From Dipteris shenzhenensis (lineage: Eukaryota), in the NCBI GenBank assembly GCA_047967505.1, contig CM106538.1: a stretch of DNA of 64,000 nucleotides; one strand, 5' to 3'. The first letter of the stretch is position 1, and every line of letters begins with the position of its first letter. Below are positions 51,334-64,000 of the stretch, in pieces. Both the position numbers and the translations under genes were made by a program. Under the pieces are notes generated by a model that did not search any database, was not told where the DNA came from, and saw nothing but the letters and a program-made list of their open reading frames with translations.

Positions 51334-52965
51334 CTATCCAATGCCCATCAATACACGACAATACTCAAACCGCTGACTAGGTAGACTCTTCGTCAGCATA
51401 TCTGCAGGGTTATCATCTGTAAGAACCTTGACAAGCTCTATGCGCTTCTCCTCAAGTACCTCCCTGATGAAATGGTACCTGACCTCAATGTGTTTGGTCT
51501 TTGCATGAAAGACCGGATTCCGTGCTAGCTGAATAGCACTCATGGAATCACTATGCAATGTCGGTACACCTGTATGAATCCCCAAATCTCCCACTAGCCG
51601 ATCAAGCCATATAGCCTCCTTGCAACCCTCTGTGGCTGCAACATACTCAGCCTCTGTGGTAGACAAAGCAACGCACTTTTGTGCGCGAGACATCCACGAC
51701 ACTGCAACACCTGCAAAGGTGAACACATAACCAGAAGTGGATCTCCTACTATCCACATGCACTGCATAGTCTGAATCTGTGTACCCAAGTACACGCATGT
51801 CTCCTTTACCAAAGCAGATGCACATCTCCTTGGTACCCTTCATGTACCTCATGATGCACTTAACTGCCTCCCAATGCCTCTTTCCTGGATTAGCCATATA
51901 CCGGCTAACAACTCCCACTGCAAATGCAATGTCTGGTCTAGTAGCTATCATAGTATACATAAGACTCCCAACTGCTGATGCATAAGGAACCTTGGCCATC
52001 ATGTCCCTTTCCTCATTTGATTTGGGACTATCTGTATGACTCAGTTTCACATATGGAGGCAATGGAGTACTCACTGCCTTCCCCCCCTCCATATTGAAAC
52101 GTTGCAATACTTTGGTAACATACTCTTTTTGTGAAAGCCAAAGGAGTTTCCTACTCCGATCACGCGTGATGCGCATACCAAGAATATGACTTGCAAATCC
52201 CAAATCCTTCATATCAAAGGCCTCATGCAACTTGGCCTTTAATGCATCTAGCTCATAAGTATTCTTGCTAGCCAATAGCATATCATCCACATATAGTGCC
52301 AAGATTATCAAGCTATTATCCTTAGCCCTTTTAGTGTAGAGGCAGTGATCAATTTCACTCCTTCTAAAACCCTGGGATCGAATGAAAGCATCAAAATTTT
52401 GATACCATTCTCTAGGTGCTTGCTTAAGACCATAGAGACTCTTCTTTAGCTTGCAAACTAAATGCTCTTTGCCCTTTTCTTCAAAGCCTTCCGGCTGCAC
52501 CATGTAAATTTCCTCATGCAAATCCCCATGCAAGAAAGCTGTCTTAACATCCATTTGCATAAGCTCCATATCCTCTACTGCCACTAGTCCAAGCATGCAT
52601 CTAAGTGTGGTCATCTTCACAACCGGAGAGAATATCTCATCAAAGTCCACACCCTTCTCTTGCTTGAACCCTTTAGCAACCAATCGGGCCTTGTACCTAG
52701 GCACATCATCACCTGTGACCTTCATTTTGTAGACCCATTTACATGGCAATGCTTTCTTTCCATGTGGCAAAGAAACCAAGTCCCAAGTCTTATTCTTCAT
52801 AAGTGAACTCATCTCTGATTGCATAGCATACTCCCACTTGCGTTGATCCTCACGCATCATAGCCTCTTTGTAGCAAGAAGGCTCCCCGCAATCAGTAAGC
52901 ATCACATAGTCTACCCCTGGAACAAACCTATCAGGTGGTCTAGACACTCTAGATGATCTTCTCAA
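51334..52965 (-). CDS. Copia C RT-RNase H open frame
   Basis: Uninterrupted 543-codon frame with YVDD and RNase H; lacks the 13-bp duplication seen in copy A. Confidence 0.8.
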   Translation of the reverse strand: MRRSSRVSRPPDRFVPGVDYVMLTDCGEPSCYKEAMMREDQRKWEYAMQSEMSSLMKNKTWDLVSLPHGKKALPCKWVYKMKVTGDDVPRYKARLVAKGFKQEKGVDFDEIFSPVVKMTTLRCMLGLVAVEDMELMQMDVKTAFLHGDLHEEIYMVQPEGFEEKGKEHLVCKLKKSLYGLKQAPREWYQNFDAFIRSQGFRRSEIDHCLYTKRAKDNSLIILALYVDDMLLASKNTYELDALKAKLHEAFDMKDLGFASHILGMRITRDRSRKLLWLSQKEYVTKVLQRFNMEGGKAVSTPLPPYVKLSHTDSPKSNEERDMMAKVPYASAVGSLMYTMIATRPDIAFAVGVVSRYMANPGKRHWEAVKCIMRYMKGTKEMCICFGKGDMRVLGYTDSDYAVHVDSRRSTSGYVFTFAGVAVSWMSRAQKCVALSTTEAEYVAATEGCKEAIWLDRLVGDLGIHTGVPTLHSDSMSAIQLARNPVFHAKTKHIEVRYHFIREVLEEKRIELVKVLTDDNPADMLTKSLPSQRFEYCRVLMGIG

Positions 52966-52968
52966 GGT

Positions 52969-53769
52969 CTAGGCACCCCAATTTGCATTCTTTTTCTTAT
53001 CCTTTTGCTCTCTTTTCAGCTTGTAGCAATCCTTTTTCATATGGCCCTTCTTGCCACAGTGGTAACACTCAATGTTCCGTGCCCTGGATTTGCTACATGA
53101 CTTCCCTCTTTCTTGGGACTTCCCCCTGAATTGTGATCTGCCCCTTTGCACATTTAAGGCTGCATCCTGCTTGTTGCCATCCATAGACTTCCGTCTAATC
53201 TCCTCGTCCAACAAGCTACCCACAACATCATCGAATTTCAGTACTCCACCAGGTGCAGAGTTACTGACAGCTGTACGGAAGGTATCCCATGAGGATGGCA
53301 ATGAACATAAGAGAAATATTGCCTTAGTCTCCGCATCAAAATTCATTTTCTGAGCCTGAAGCTGGCTGAAAATAATATTGAATTCATTCAAGTGAGAAGC
53401 AATGGAGACCCCTTCCTTCATCTGCAGCTTAAACAACCTCTTCATGAGGTAAACTTTATTAGAGGCAGTTTCCTTCTCATAAGTGGCACACAGTTTCTTC
53501 CACAAATCTTTCGTAGTCTGCTCATTTACTACTGTGAAATAAACTGACTCTGCAAGATGAAGTCTAATAGTAGACTTTGCTAATGCATCCAACTCATTCC
53601 AATCATCCTCAGACATATTTGCAGGCTTAGCTTCAATCCCTGCCAAGGGTTTAATCTGCTTCTTTTGAATAAGCACATCCCTTATTTGTTCTTTCCACAA
53701 AGAAAAGTTTGTCCCATCAATCTTTTTAATGCTGAAAAACTCCTTTTCAGGCATGGAAGAGGATGCCAT
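52969..53769 (-). CDS. Copia C Gag, ending at a junction-created TAG
   Basis: Open Gag frame including the CCHC knuckle; stop at 52969-52971. Confidence 0.8.
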   Translation of the reverse strand: MASSSMPEKEFFSIKKIDGTNFSLWKEQIRDVLIQKKQIKPLAGIEAKPANMSEDDWNELDALAKSTIRLHLAESVYFTVVNEQTTKDLWKKLCATYEKETASNKVYLMKRLFKLQMKEGVSIASHLNEFNIIFSQLQAQKMNFDAETKAIFLLCSLPSSWDTFRTAVSNSAPGGVLKFDDVVGSLLDEEIRRKSMDGNKQDAALNVQRGRSQFRGKSQERGKSCSKSRARNIECYHCGKKGHMKKDCYKLKREQKDKKKNANWGA

Positions 53770-55789
53770 GATGCAAATGAAACAAAATCCCAAATGCTAG
53801 TCCCTGCAAGAGAGAATCACACCAAATACCATGTGCACCCAAATGTGTATGCCACAATAGACTAAAATATCACAAAAAACTCAAAGCTCGAAGCATCAAA
53901 AGATGCATCTGACTCATGTGCATATACTATGCATCCATATGAGCAAATCTGGCCCAAAAGAAAATGCCAATAAGTGCCAAATGACTCAAGCATAAACACC
54001 GTCCACTGGCATATGCATCAATTATATCTCATCCAAGAGAGCATAGCACTATCAGTGCATCACCAACAATGTGTCAAAGCTGTCCCTCAGCATAAAATAG
54101 CATCCATGTGCGAAGCGTCCATAAAAAATAGCATCCCACAAGGCAATTTGGGCCTATCAGCGCATCCAACAAGGACCGCAATGCATCCAAATGGCCTATA
54201 AATCATCCATTGCAACCCAATGCATACCACGAATGAGCGCACACTGCTCAAACTGCAATTAGAGTGATCTGCATAAGGTATGCTCAAGAAATCATAGTCC
54301 CACGGTAATGAGCGCTACTAAAAATAAAACCTGAGATGCTTCAAAACATGGGCGCCATTGCATAATCGGACTCAGCAAGAAAATCTGCAAATATCTCTCT
54401 TCTACCAGAACTCCAAAATCCCAACCGATGAGTGAGAAATGGGAGTCAACACTTATCCACTGCCATGTGGCATAAATCTAAGGTTTCAAAACCTTAGTAT
54501 GAAAAATGCATAACAGAGAGACGAAATCGAATACATAGAGATTTATAACTCTAAAAATCCTCCACCGAATCACGCAAGAACTGATAGGTAGGGGTTTTTG
54601 GGCGTCCGGAACGCAATGGGATAGACGGTTTTGGAAACCGTGGTCTCAATCACTGGGTCCAACACACGGACTGAAAAACGTTTTTTGAAACAGAGCTGTT
54701 TGTAAACTCCACCGGAGTGCGAATGATGAGCAACATAGAAGTTTTAAGACCTCTTGAGTCCACCGGAACTGACAGATCTGCAAATGGTTGCTCCAAACTT
54801 GAGTTCCAACACCCGGGCAAAAAACGCAGGAATTGACACAGTGAGTCAGAAATCCAATGAAATGATCCCAGATTCAAGAATGAAGGTGTTTCCAAGCTCC
54901 TGAAGTAATGTGGACACCAAAAGCAAGCAATAGTTGCCTCTACAAGTCAATATGGAGTCTCTGTCATCTTGTCAATGTTGTGTATCATATGCCTAGTCCC
55001 TTATAAATAGCACTAGAAGACAAGTGAGACGGCCCTACACAAGGCAAGTGAGGTAACTCTACACAAGGATCGGCTTGCACTTGCATGGCAATGTTGTGTA
55101 CCATATGCATAGTCCCTCACAATAGCACTAGAGGACAAGTGAGGTGGCTCTATGTGACAAGGCAAAGCATCGAGGACCTTAGCTATCAGAGTGTTGCACC
55201 TATTGGAACAGAAGAGGAAGAGAACAAGCCAAAATCAAAAGAAGAGTCAACCAATGAGAACTCTGGTCAAACTAAGGAAGATATAGATGATGTACTATGA
55301 AGGATTCGCAAAGGCAAAAGATGTCAAAAAGCTTTGATACAATGTAATGGCACCTACTCCATCTAAAAGGGATGTGCAACTTGTTGAAACGTGGCGGGTA
55401 GTACCCATTGTGAATTCCAAAAGGAAGTTCATCTATATGAGGTCCTAATGCTCTAGGAATTAGAGTCATTCCTGCTACAAAGGTAATCTATATGCATGGA
55501 GTGTGGCCATGAGCCCTTTGTATTCGACTACCACATTTGGTAAGTAATAGAGAAAGCTCGATTTCCATAGGTGTACACATCTTTCCTCTTCTTTCCATTC
55601 ATAATTTGCATTCTACATGGTGCATTTCCCCCCTTTCACCCATTCCATGTATTTGTTGCATGTTGCACAACAATTTACATCGCTTGATGAAGGTGATGCC
55701 TTGCTACTCATGTAAAAATGGCAGTGGCACTACACACTTGAATGAAACAAACAACCAAGGGGCAAACCGAATCATGAACATACAGTACC

Positions 55790-56891
55790 ACCATTCGATG
55801 TTGAAAATGATTAATAGTGTCATAATGCCATATTTAGGAGGTCTTGATGTAGTATTCTTAGATGATATTTTAACCAATAGTAAAAGTAGGAAAAAACATA
55901 TGAAACATTTCAGAAAAATGTTCCAATTGCTTAGAGGCAACTCTGTTTTTTCTAAAGACTCTAGGTCTTAAAATAAAATGTGAGTTTGATCCTCACTTTT
56001 CTAAAAGATGGAAATCAATTTTGAGGAGGGATCCTACAAGCCGAAGAGCTTGAGTCACATGTTAATGGTGACATAGCTCAAGTTGGTGATAAAGGACTCA
56101 AGTGGAAAAAATATACTATTGAAGATGGCTACCTGCTCTTTAGAGGTATGAGACAATAATGACATTAGGTGCCAAATTCTTTTTGGTATATGTGTGTGTG
56201 TGTGTTTAGATTAATAAGAGTGTGTGTGTGTGTGTGCGCGCGCGCGCATGTGTGTGTGTGTAGATTAAAAAGTCCCATCAATCATTGAGCCATACAATTA
56301 GTTCCATCAATTGGATTAAAAGTAAAAAAAGGGGAACATATAAGGAAACAATGTATGAGACATCTAAGTTGACAAATGCAACAACTAGAGTTTGCAAAAA
56401 TTTCTACCAAAATTAAGAATTTCAAATAATATTGAGTTTGAGAAACACACATTGCAAAAATATGTTGAATCCTCAGGCAGTCTAGGTTTTGAGATGAGGG
56501 TCCACTTACTTGCCACCATCCAAACAAACTAGGTGTTAGAACATCATAGTTTCGTTTGGGTAGATAGGTAATGCCTATTTTCCCCGGCTTATTATCACTT
56601 TACCTAGGAATAGACAACCATATGGATTCTTGGATAATTAAAAAAATTTTAAGCCATAGGTGAAGTAAGGAGAGAATGAGTGCATGGGTTGAGAAGGGAT
56701 TAGTGGAGGTATGGGAGGATTAGTGTACTTGGTGTGTAGGGTGGTTAAAAAGAGTGTAAAGAGCATATTTCACGGGGGGTACATAAAAGAATAATAGTTG
56801 GGGAAGTATACATGTGTGTGTGTGTGTGTGTGTGTAAAGGGGAGATTTCACGAGGGGTACATAAAAGAATAATTCATAGTTGGGGAAGAAT

Positions 56892-56922
<31 letters not shown>

Positions 56923-57763
56923 GCCCATCCCCAACCTAGAGAGTAAGGCCACATGGTGGGAAGTAAGCCCACATGGTCCATGTGGAACTTACTCCCCACC
57001 TACTAATAATAAGTGAATAAACGTGGATCTCTATGATAAGCGTCAAAATGAAAAAATGATGCCAATAGTAAATGCGTAAACCACTTCTACAAAATAGATA
57101 TAAAGGTTAGTAAAAAATAAGACGGATCACAAAATGATAAAGAATTATCCAATGGATGTGAATGAACTATATGGCACTAGCCGACCAAAGGCTAGTTGGG
57201 AAATCAAAGCGGGTGTTTAGATTGAAAAGCCCTATCAATAATTGAACCAGACAATTAATTCAATCAATTGGATAAAAAGTTTAAAAAAGGGAAATATATA
57301 AGGAAAAAATGTTTGAGACATCTATGCATCAACTAGAGTTTGCAAAAAATTCCACCAAAATGATTTTTTTTAAATAATAGTTGGACAAACAAAATATGTC
57401 GAATCCTTAGGCAGTCCAGGTTTCAAGATCAGGGTCCACTCACATGCCACCATCCAAACAAATTAGGTGTTAGAACATCATAGTTATGTTTAGGTGGATA
57501 GGTAATGCCTGTTTTCCTAGGCTTATTATCGCTTTACCTAAGAATATAGACAACCATACGGATTCTTAGATAATTAAAAAAAGTTTAAGTCACAAGTGAA
57601 TTTTAAGTCACAAGTGGAGTAAGGAGCAAATGAGTGCATGGGTTGAGAGGGATTAGTGGAGGTATGGGAGGATTAGTGTGCTTGGTGTGTGGGGTGGTTA
57701 AAAAGAGAGCTTAAAGGGGAGATTTCACTAGGGTACATTAAAGACTAATTCATAGTTGGGGAA

Positions 57764-57808
<45 letters not shown>

Positions 57809-58080
57809 GAAATAGGTGCCTGTGTGTGTGAGATGCATTTAGTAATCAAATTTTGTGTGTGTGTGATGATATTCCCTAGGTGTCTTGGGCTACTTGCTAT
57901 ACAAAGATAGAGCATGTGTCCCAAATAATAATGACATTAGGTGCCAAATTCTTTTTGAGTGTCATGATAGTCACACACCAAAGAATCAAAAGATGTATGC
58001 AATTCTAAAAAAATTATTTTGGCCAAGAATAGATAAGGACATCCAAGATTCTCTCTCTCGCACACACACACAATGGAGGA
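55790..58080 (+). pseudogene. Highly decayed gypsy RT / integrase zinc-binding remnants
   Basis: PYLGGLDVVFLDDILTNSKS..H..H...F.LLR and GYLLYKDRACVP..IRCQILFECHDS. Confidence 0.65.
56190..57865. repeat. About 600-bp duplicated unit ending in (GT)n microsatellites
   Basis: 56261-56835 is similar to 57218-57805. Each ends ttggggaag..(GT)n, and there is an extra partial copy at 56836-56921. Confidence 0.85.
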
Positions 58081-59087
58081 TGTCCAGTAAGATAGAATAA
58101 GCCAAAGTCTAAACCGAGAAACTGGGCAATGAACAATGTCTATTTGAATTAGTTTCATGATTACCAATAAGATACACAAAATAGTCCCATGCATTGCTAG
58201 AGCAGTGCATGGGCAACCAAAAATGTGAAAGAAGCTCCATATTCGAAAACAAACAATCATTCACCTAAAAGCATTGAAAGGTGCTCACTTGGCATAGTGT
58301 TTAGGGAAGGATACATTTGGGACTAATAGTAAACCCTAGGTATAGAATCGACGGCAATGATTTGCAAAAACTATGTCGCTAAAAGAAAGCTCTTACTATA
58401 TCTGATGTTTATAAAAGGAACATGTTTGTCTTGTAAATGGGCTCCCAACACCATGTTTCTAGGGACATCGATCCTACCTTGGATCTGCAACTACACCAAG
58501 TGGTGTTCATGAGGGTTATGTAGGGTTCTGTGCATCTGTGAATACACATTGTTGGAATGTGGACACTTGCACCTCAATGTGTGGCCTATTGCAAAATGAA
58601 CAATGGAAGGGCTCCAACCCATCACAAGAGCTCTACCTTTTCCCTCCCCAATTTGAGCCTTTGGCTTGTAGAAAATCATCTTAGCAGTCCACTGTAGTTC
58701 GAGGAGACAATTCGCTTGTTAGTTCTTGAGAGCCTATGCAATGAGTTGCCAAATAGTCGGAGTATGGACTTTCCTTGCGAAAAGATCCCATGCCACATAA
58801 TAGAGTGATGACCCATAGTTTTGTTAGGAGATAACGATAATGGAGTTGTGTGAGCAATAAAAAGAATGAGAGCAATGCATTGGGAATGATTCTCTTCATC
58901 TTTTTGCCACTATCTCGAACAAAAAGAGAAAAATTGAACATCATGATTCCTAAGGCTTTCTACTTTGAGGCTTGTAATGTGAAATTCATTTGGGTGCCTT
59001 ATAGGAGGTTGGACGAAACCTACATGATCGCCAAGTCAACAGTGGCGATCACGACTATACCTCTTGGTAGTAGTGGAACATAGGTTT

Positions 59088-59378
59088 CCTAGAATAAATC
59101 CAACACCTTGCCTTGCGCTTGCGATGGAAGGGCTCCAACCCCTCTACCTTTTCCCTCCCCAATTTGAGCCTTTGGTTTGTAGAAAATCATCTTAGCGCCC
59201 TCCCCCCCCCCCAATCCATTAGTATCAACCATCCTAGAATAAATCCAACACCTTGCCTTGCGCTTGCGATGGAGGGGCTCCAGCCCCTCTACCTTTTCCC
59301 TCCCCAATTTGAGCCTTTGGCTTGTAGAAAATCATCTTAGCGCCCTCGCCCCCCCCCAATCCATTAGCATCAGCCATC
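59088..59378. repeat. 145-bp tandem duplication (partial third copy at 58603-58685)
   Basis: cctagaataaatccaacaccttgccttgcgcttgcgatgg... occurs twice. Confidence 0.9.
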
Positions 59379-60439
59379 TTGGGGTTTTAATGCACCCACC
59401 AAAAACAAAATACAAGGCTAATGAGTTTTGGGTGAACACAAAGCGTTTGTTGTCGCTCAAATCTATAAATTGTAGAAGGAAAATTACTATTGTGAAACAT
59501 TTCGCACACAAGGACTTGATTACAGAACCCAGCACATAAATGTCTTGTAGAAATCTCCAACATAAGAAGAGGAGAAAAGATGACATGATGGGGAGAAAAT
59601 GTTCGACCTTGGGATGTAGCATACAATGTCATACTCATTGACAACCAGTTGGACCTTAGGATGTAGCATACCATGTCTTGCTCATTGACAATCTATTCTA
59701 GGATAGTTAGAGCCACCCCAAATGGATCTCTCAAAGGCCTTACTATCTATAATTTATGGATCTCTCAAAGGCCTTACTATCTAAAATTTCTGTTTGCATC
59801 TCATCTCACCAATCAAATTCTCCAAGCTTGGTGGGATCAAAGTCGGATGTCATTCGCCACAACCAGAGATGGCTTGTAGGATAATCCCTGGTCCTCAACA
59901 ATAATCTCTTTTTACAAGGGTTTTCCTTGAGCAATTTTAGTCTCTTAATAGCTCTCCTTCTCTATCCTCGTGCTTTTTAATGCTATGCTAGTTGCTACTT
60001 TTCATGAAGCATTTATATGGTAGCCCTACTTGCATTTAAAGCAAGGTTTAACCACCTTGTTTTATTCAATGCAAGCTAGCAAGGCTAGCATTCAAGACAA
60101 AGTACTTAGGTGAACTTTTGAGGACCTATAGATTCAAGGAAGAAAGCTGCCATTTTGCCTAACTTGCTATGTAGCAAATTGCCCTTAGAGTTGGCAGTAC
60201 CTTTTTGGCATCCTTCCTTGCTAGCAATGCAATATATGCCTTAATTGTACCATGTCCCTCATGAACCATCTACAAGTCTATAACTACCAATGGAATAGTG
60301 AGATTTTTCCACATGTCAATCCTTATTTGACCACCTTAAACCAAAAAGCTATCTCTAAGAATTAATCTCATGTGGCCTAGAAGGGGCACCCAAAGTGCAT
60401 CATTAGAAAGAATGGGCCAAGAAGGAAGATCGGCCAAAG

Positions 60440-60441
<2 letters not shown>

Positions 60442-60491
<50 letters not shown>
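60442..60491 (+). repeat. (GA)n microsatellite
   Basis: About 25 GA units. Confidence 0.95.
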
Positions 60492-60494
<3 letters not shown>

Positions 60495-61261
60495 GGGGGG
60501 GCAAAACCTATCGTTATTGATTTTTAACATGTTCAATGTGTGAGAATCAACCACTGCCCAAAGGTTAAAAGCTTTTGAGCTATTGCGAATCGTTATTGAT
60601 TTTAAACATGTTCAACAATGTGAGTCAACCAACGCCCAAAGCTTTAAAAAAATTGAGCTATCTCGCAATATCCTCGATTGACCATCTTGGCTGGCGGACT
60701 TGTGCAAGACTGTTTTCCATTGGAGATCAACGCATTCAAAATGCACAAAAAAGAATTTTGAGAAGACAATTAAGGCAAGAAGTGTGGGCTAAGTTATCTG
60801 CGACATGTCTGACAAATAGAAAGATTCAGTTGCTCCCTCGTGCAACTATTCAAATTGAAATATTCATTTACACAACGCTATTTCAAACCTCCCTGCCTAT
60901 AACGTCATCATAAAACTAATGGAGAACAGCTCTTTAATCTCCAAGGTAAATAAAGTTCCAAAAAATTCCAAGATTAACATTTTTCCCAGCAATTTGCACC
61001 ACTGGCTTAACAGATCAGAACTTGCACTTGACTTGTCTAAAAAGCAAATAAAGCGTCAAGATGTACTTACAGCCACACAGAAAATAAACGAACCTTCGCA
61101 CTTGTAACGAAACTTCATATCGTAAGATCAGATAGCCTTACACATCTTCAACATCAAGAAGCAAAAAAAAGGGAACTGACGATTCTAAATGCAGACAACA
61201 AAAGACCAACTACACGATACTGATAAACTAAACATCGTGACTACGTTCCCCACAGGAACCA

Positions 61262-62203
<942 letters not shown>

Positions 62204-63155
62204 TTACAGACAGCCAACATCAGAGAAAAGCTGTGAATGAGAAGATAAAACACTGAAACCGCCCTTTAAAGACCTTTAGGGTTTCCGAGATTAGGGCTAG
62301 GGCTGTCCCGGTTAGGGTTTGGCTCTCATTATAGTTTTCTTCTTTTTTTGGGCTGCCGTTGCACCTTTAAAGCGCTTTAAGGGCTCTCATTATAGTTTTC
62401 CCCCATTAAGGTTGGGCTCTCATTCTTTTTTGGCCTGCCAAGTCTCAAGCTGAAGCCTAATTGATGGTGAAGCGGAAGCCTAATTGATGGCGGCCTAGCT
62501 TGAAGAAGCGAATCCAATCCTTTTTTAATCCCCCCAAATTTCCACGTGATCTCCACCTTTATCTCCCAGCTTACTATTTCACTCCCTACTTTTCCTCTCT
62601 CAACTGTTGGTGGACTCCCAACTTACTATTTCACCCATAGGACATGCCATTTGAATGACAGAAGTGATTCAACTTGTTTGGGATGCACATAACAAGGTAT
62701 CATGATCAACAGTGGAGAAACACTCCCAGGATCGGACAACAGGCACCAATTGAGTGTTTTTAAAATATACAGTAGATCTGTGGATGGTATGGTGGTTAGA
62801 GCTCTGCTTTGTGGGGTTGCAAGTCACAGGTTTGATACCTGGGCGTGAGTAATAGACAAGATGAGGCTCTCCTAATGGCTTGAAAAATTAAATTCATTTA
62901 TTAGATCTATCACACTCTCCTAATTTCTCAATTAACCTTTGCTCTAAACCTAAGCATCGCTCCGCCACTCTACCTCTTTCCTCGCCCCACTACTCAACCC
63001 TCCGCTCAGTGTCTCTCTCCCCTCAGCGCTCCTCTTCCTTCAGCCCTCCCTTCCTTCCTTTGTGCTTTTAGCCTTTCTAGCCCTCCCCTTTCCCTCACCC
63101 TCCCCTGCTCTCCCCCTCCTCTCTACCTGGGCTCTCCCTACACTTCCCTCCTCTC

Positions 63156-63193
63156 TTATATATTCGCGTTGTGGCGGTAGAACCTTCTCGAAT
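63156..63193 (-). promoter_or_regulatory. Polyubiquitin TATA box plus heat-shock element
   Basis: TATATAA on the minus strand at 63156-63162. Perfect nGAAnnTTCnnGAAn at 63179-63193. Confidence 0.7.
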
Positions 63194-64000
63194 AGCAAAT
63201 TCACTGAAATCTAGAGACTTTAATGTTTTTCCAACGCTTACCTTAATTTTTCCAATGCCCCCGCCTCCATGACTAATTAAACAAATTTATTTTTGAGAAT
63301 ATTAGGGGCCCCTATTTGATAGGCCAAATAATTAACCACTTAACCCCCCCTTGAAAACTTTGGCATTGTGTTCAACATCCCAAATTGGAATCTCGCAGGC
63401 CGTTGATCATGATAGTTGGATATGTCATCAAATGGTTACGAGGGAGTTTTGACCAAGTTCACATCACCCGACCGGAAAGTGGAGTACAAGTTCGTCATCC
63501 TACTTCGCCCAATAAGTGAGATGGGCCGGACATTTATACAAAAGGATTGTATCTGCCATATGAAGGACACCCACTAAGCCCCCACTATGGCAACTAAATT
63601 TTTTTTGCCAAGGAACTGCATTGAGAGGTGACTGAACCTATGCCACCAATCATACATTGTATATTTAAATGGCAACCTAGATTATAAAACAAAGAAGGTG
63701 AAGGGGGATCATGGCAAACACCAAAGGCAAACAAGGAGACCAAGCAAACCTCAATCTCAACACATGAGCAAGAAGAAAGCTTGTATTACTCAAAGGTAGC
63801 ATACAACAATGAAGACCAAATCAACCACTTGGCCTTTTATACAAGTCATCTTTTGAAGGGAGGGCCAACCCTATTCTTTGTACCTCTCTCTCTCTCTCTA
63901 AAATTCTCTCTCTCTAGGATGTTAGATATCAATGCTCCACTCTTGTGTAACTATGCGGGAACCAGCTAACTCTACTTGTGAGCCCCCCATATGAGGAGAA

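Larger units (their letters stand above)
51110..54968 (-). mobile_element. Copia copy C: 3' LTR (51110-51280), PR/IN deleted, 5' LTR missing
   Basis: Near-identical to copy A. Junction at 52967/52973. Homology to the copy A leader stops at 54968. Confidence 0.95.

Noticed and set aside
52967-52973. Copy C deletion as a reverse-transcribed spliced RNA
   Set aside because: The deleted segment lacks GT..AG ends and the junction contains filler DNA.

Overview
Eukaryotic land-plant nuclear DNA. It is probably from a large-genome vascular plant such as a fern, inferred from a PEAPOD-type gene, plant-type ubiquitin and the TE landscape. Three host genes lie on the minus strand: (1) a U11/U12 snRNP 48K (SNRNP48) homolog that runs off the left edge, with a GC-AG intron and a CHHC zinc finger that appears to have lost all four ligands; (2) a 7-exon, 612-aa PEAPOD/TIFY gene with PPD, TIFY and Jas motifs and a JAZ-type Jas intron; (3) a 4-repeat polyubiquitin with Thr28 in every unit and a TATA+HSE promoter. 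The rest is nested TE sequence: a full-length L1-like LINE (13-bp TSD) splitting a Pif1-type helicase pseudogene, three copies of one Ty1/copia family (one young and complete, one truncated, one internally deleted to Gag-TAG-RT/RH), a decayed Ty3/gypsy element, a MULE-like element with a 9-bp TSD, several LINE 3' fragments and tandem repeats. Protein family calls come from motif recognition and recalled reference sequences. No database search was run.
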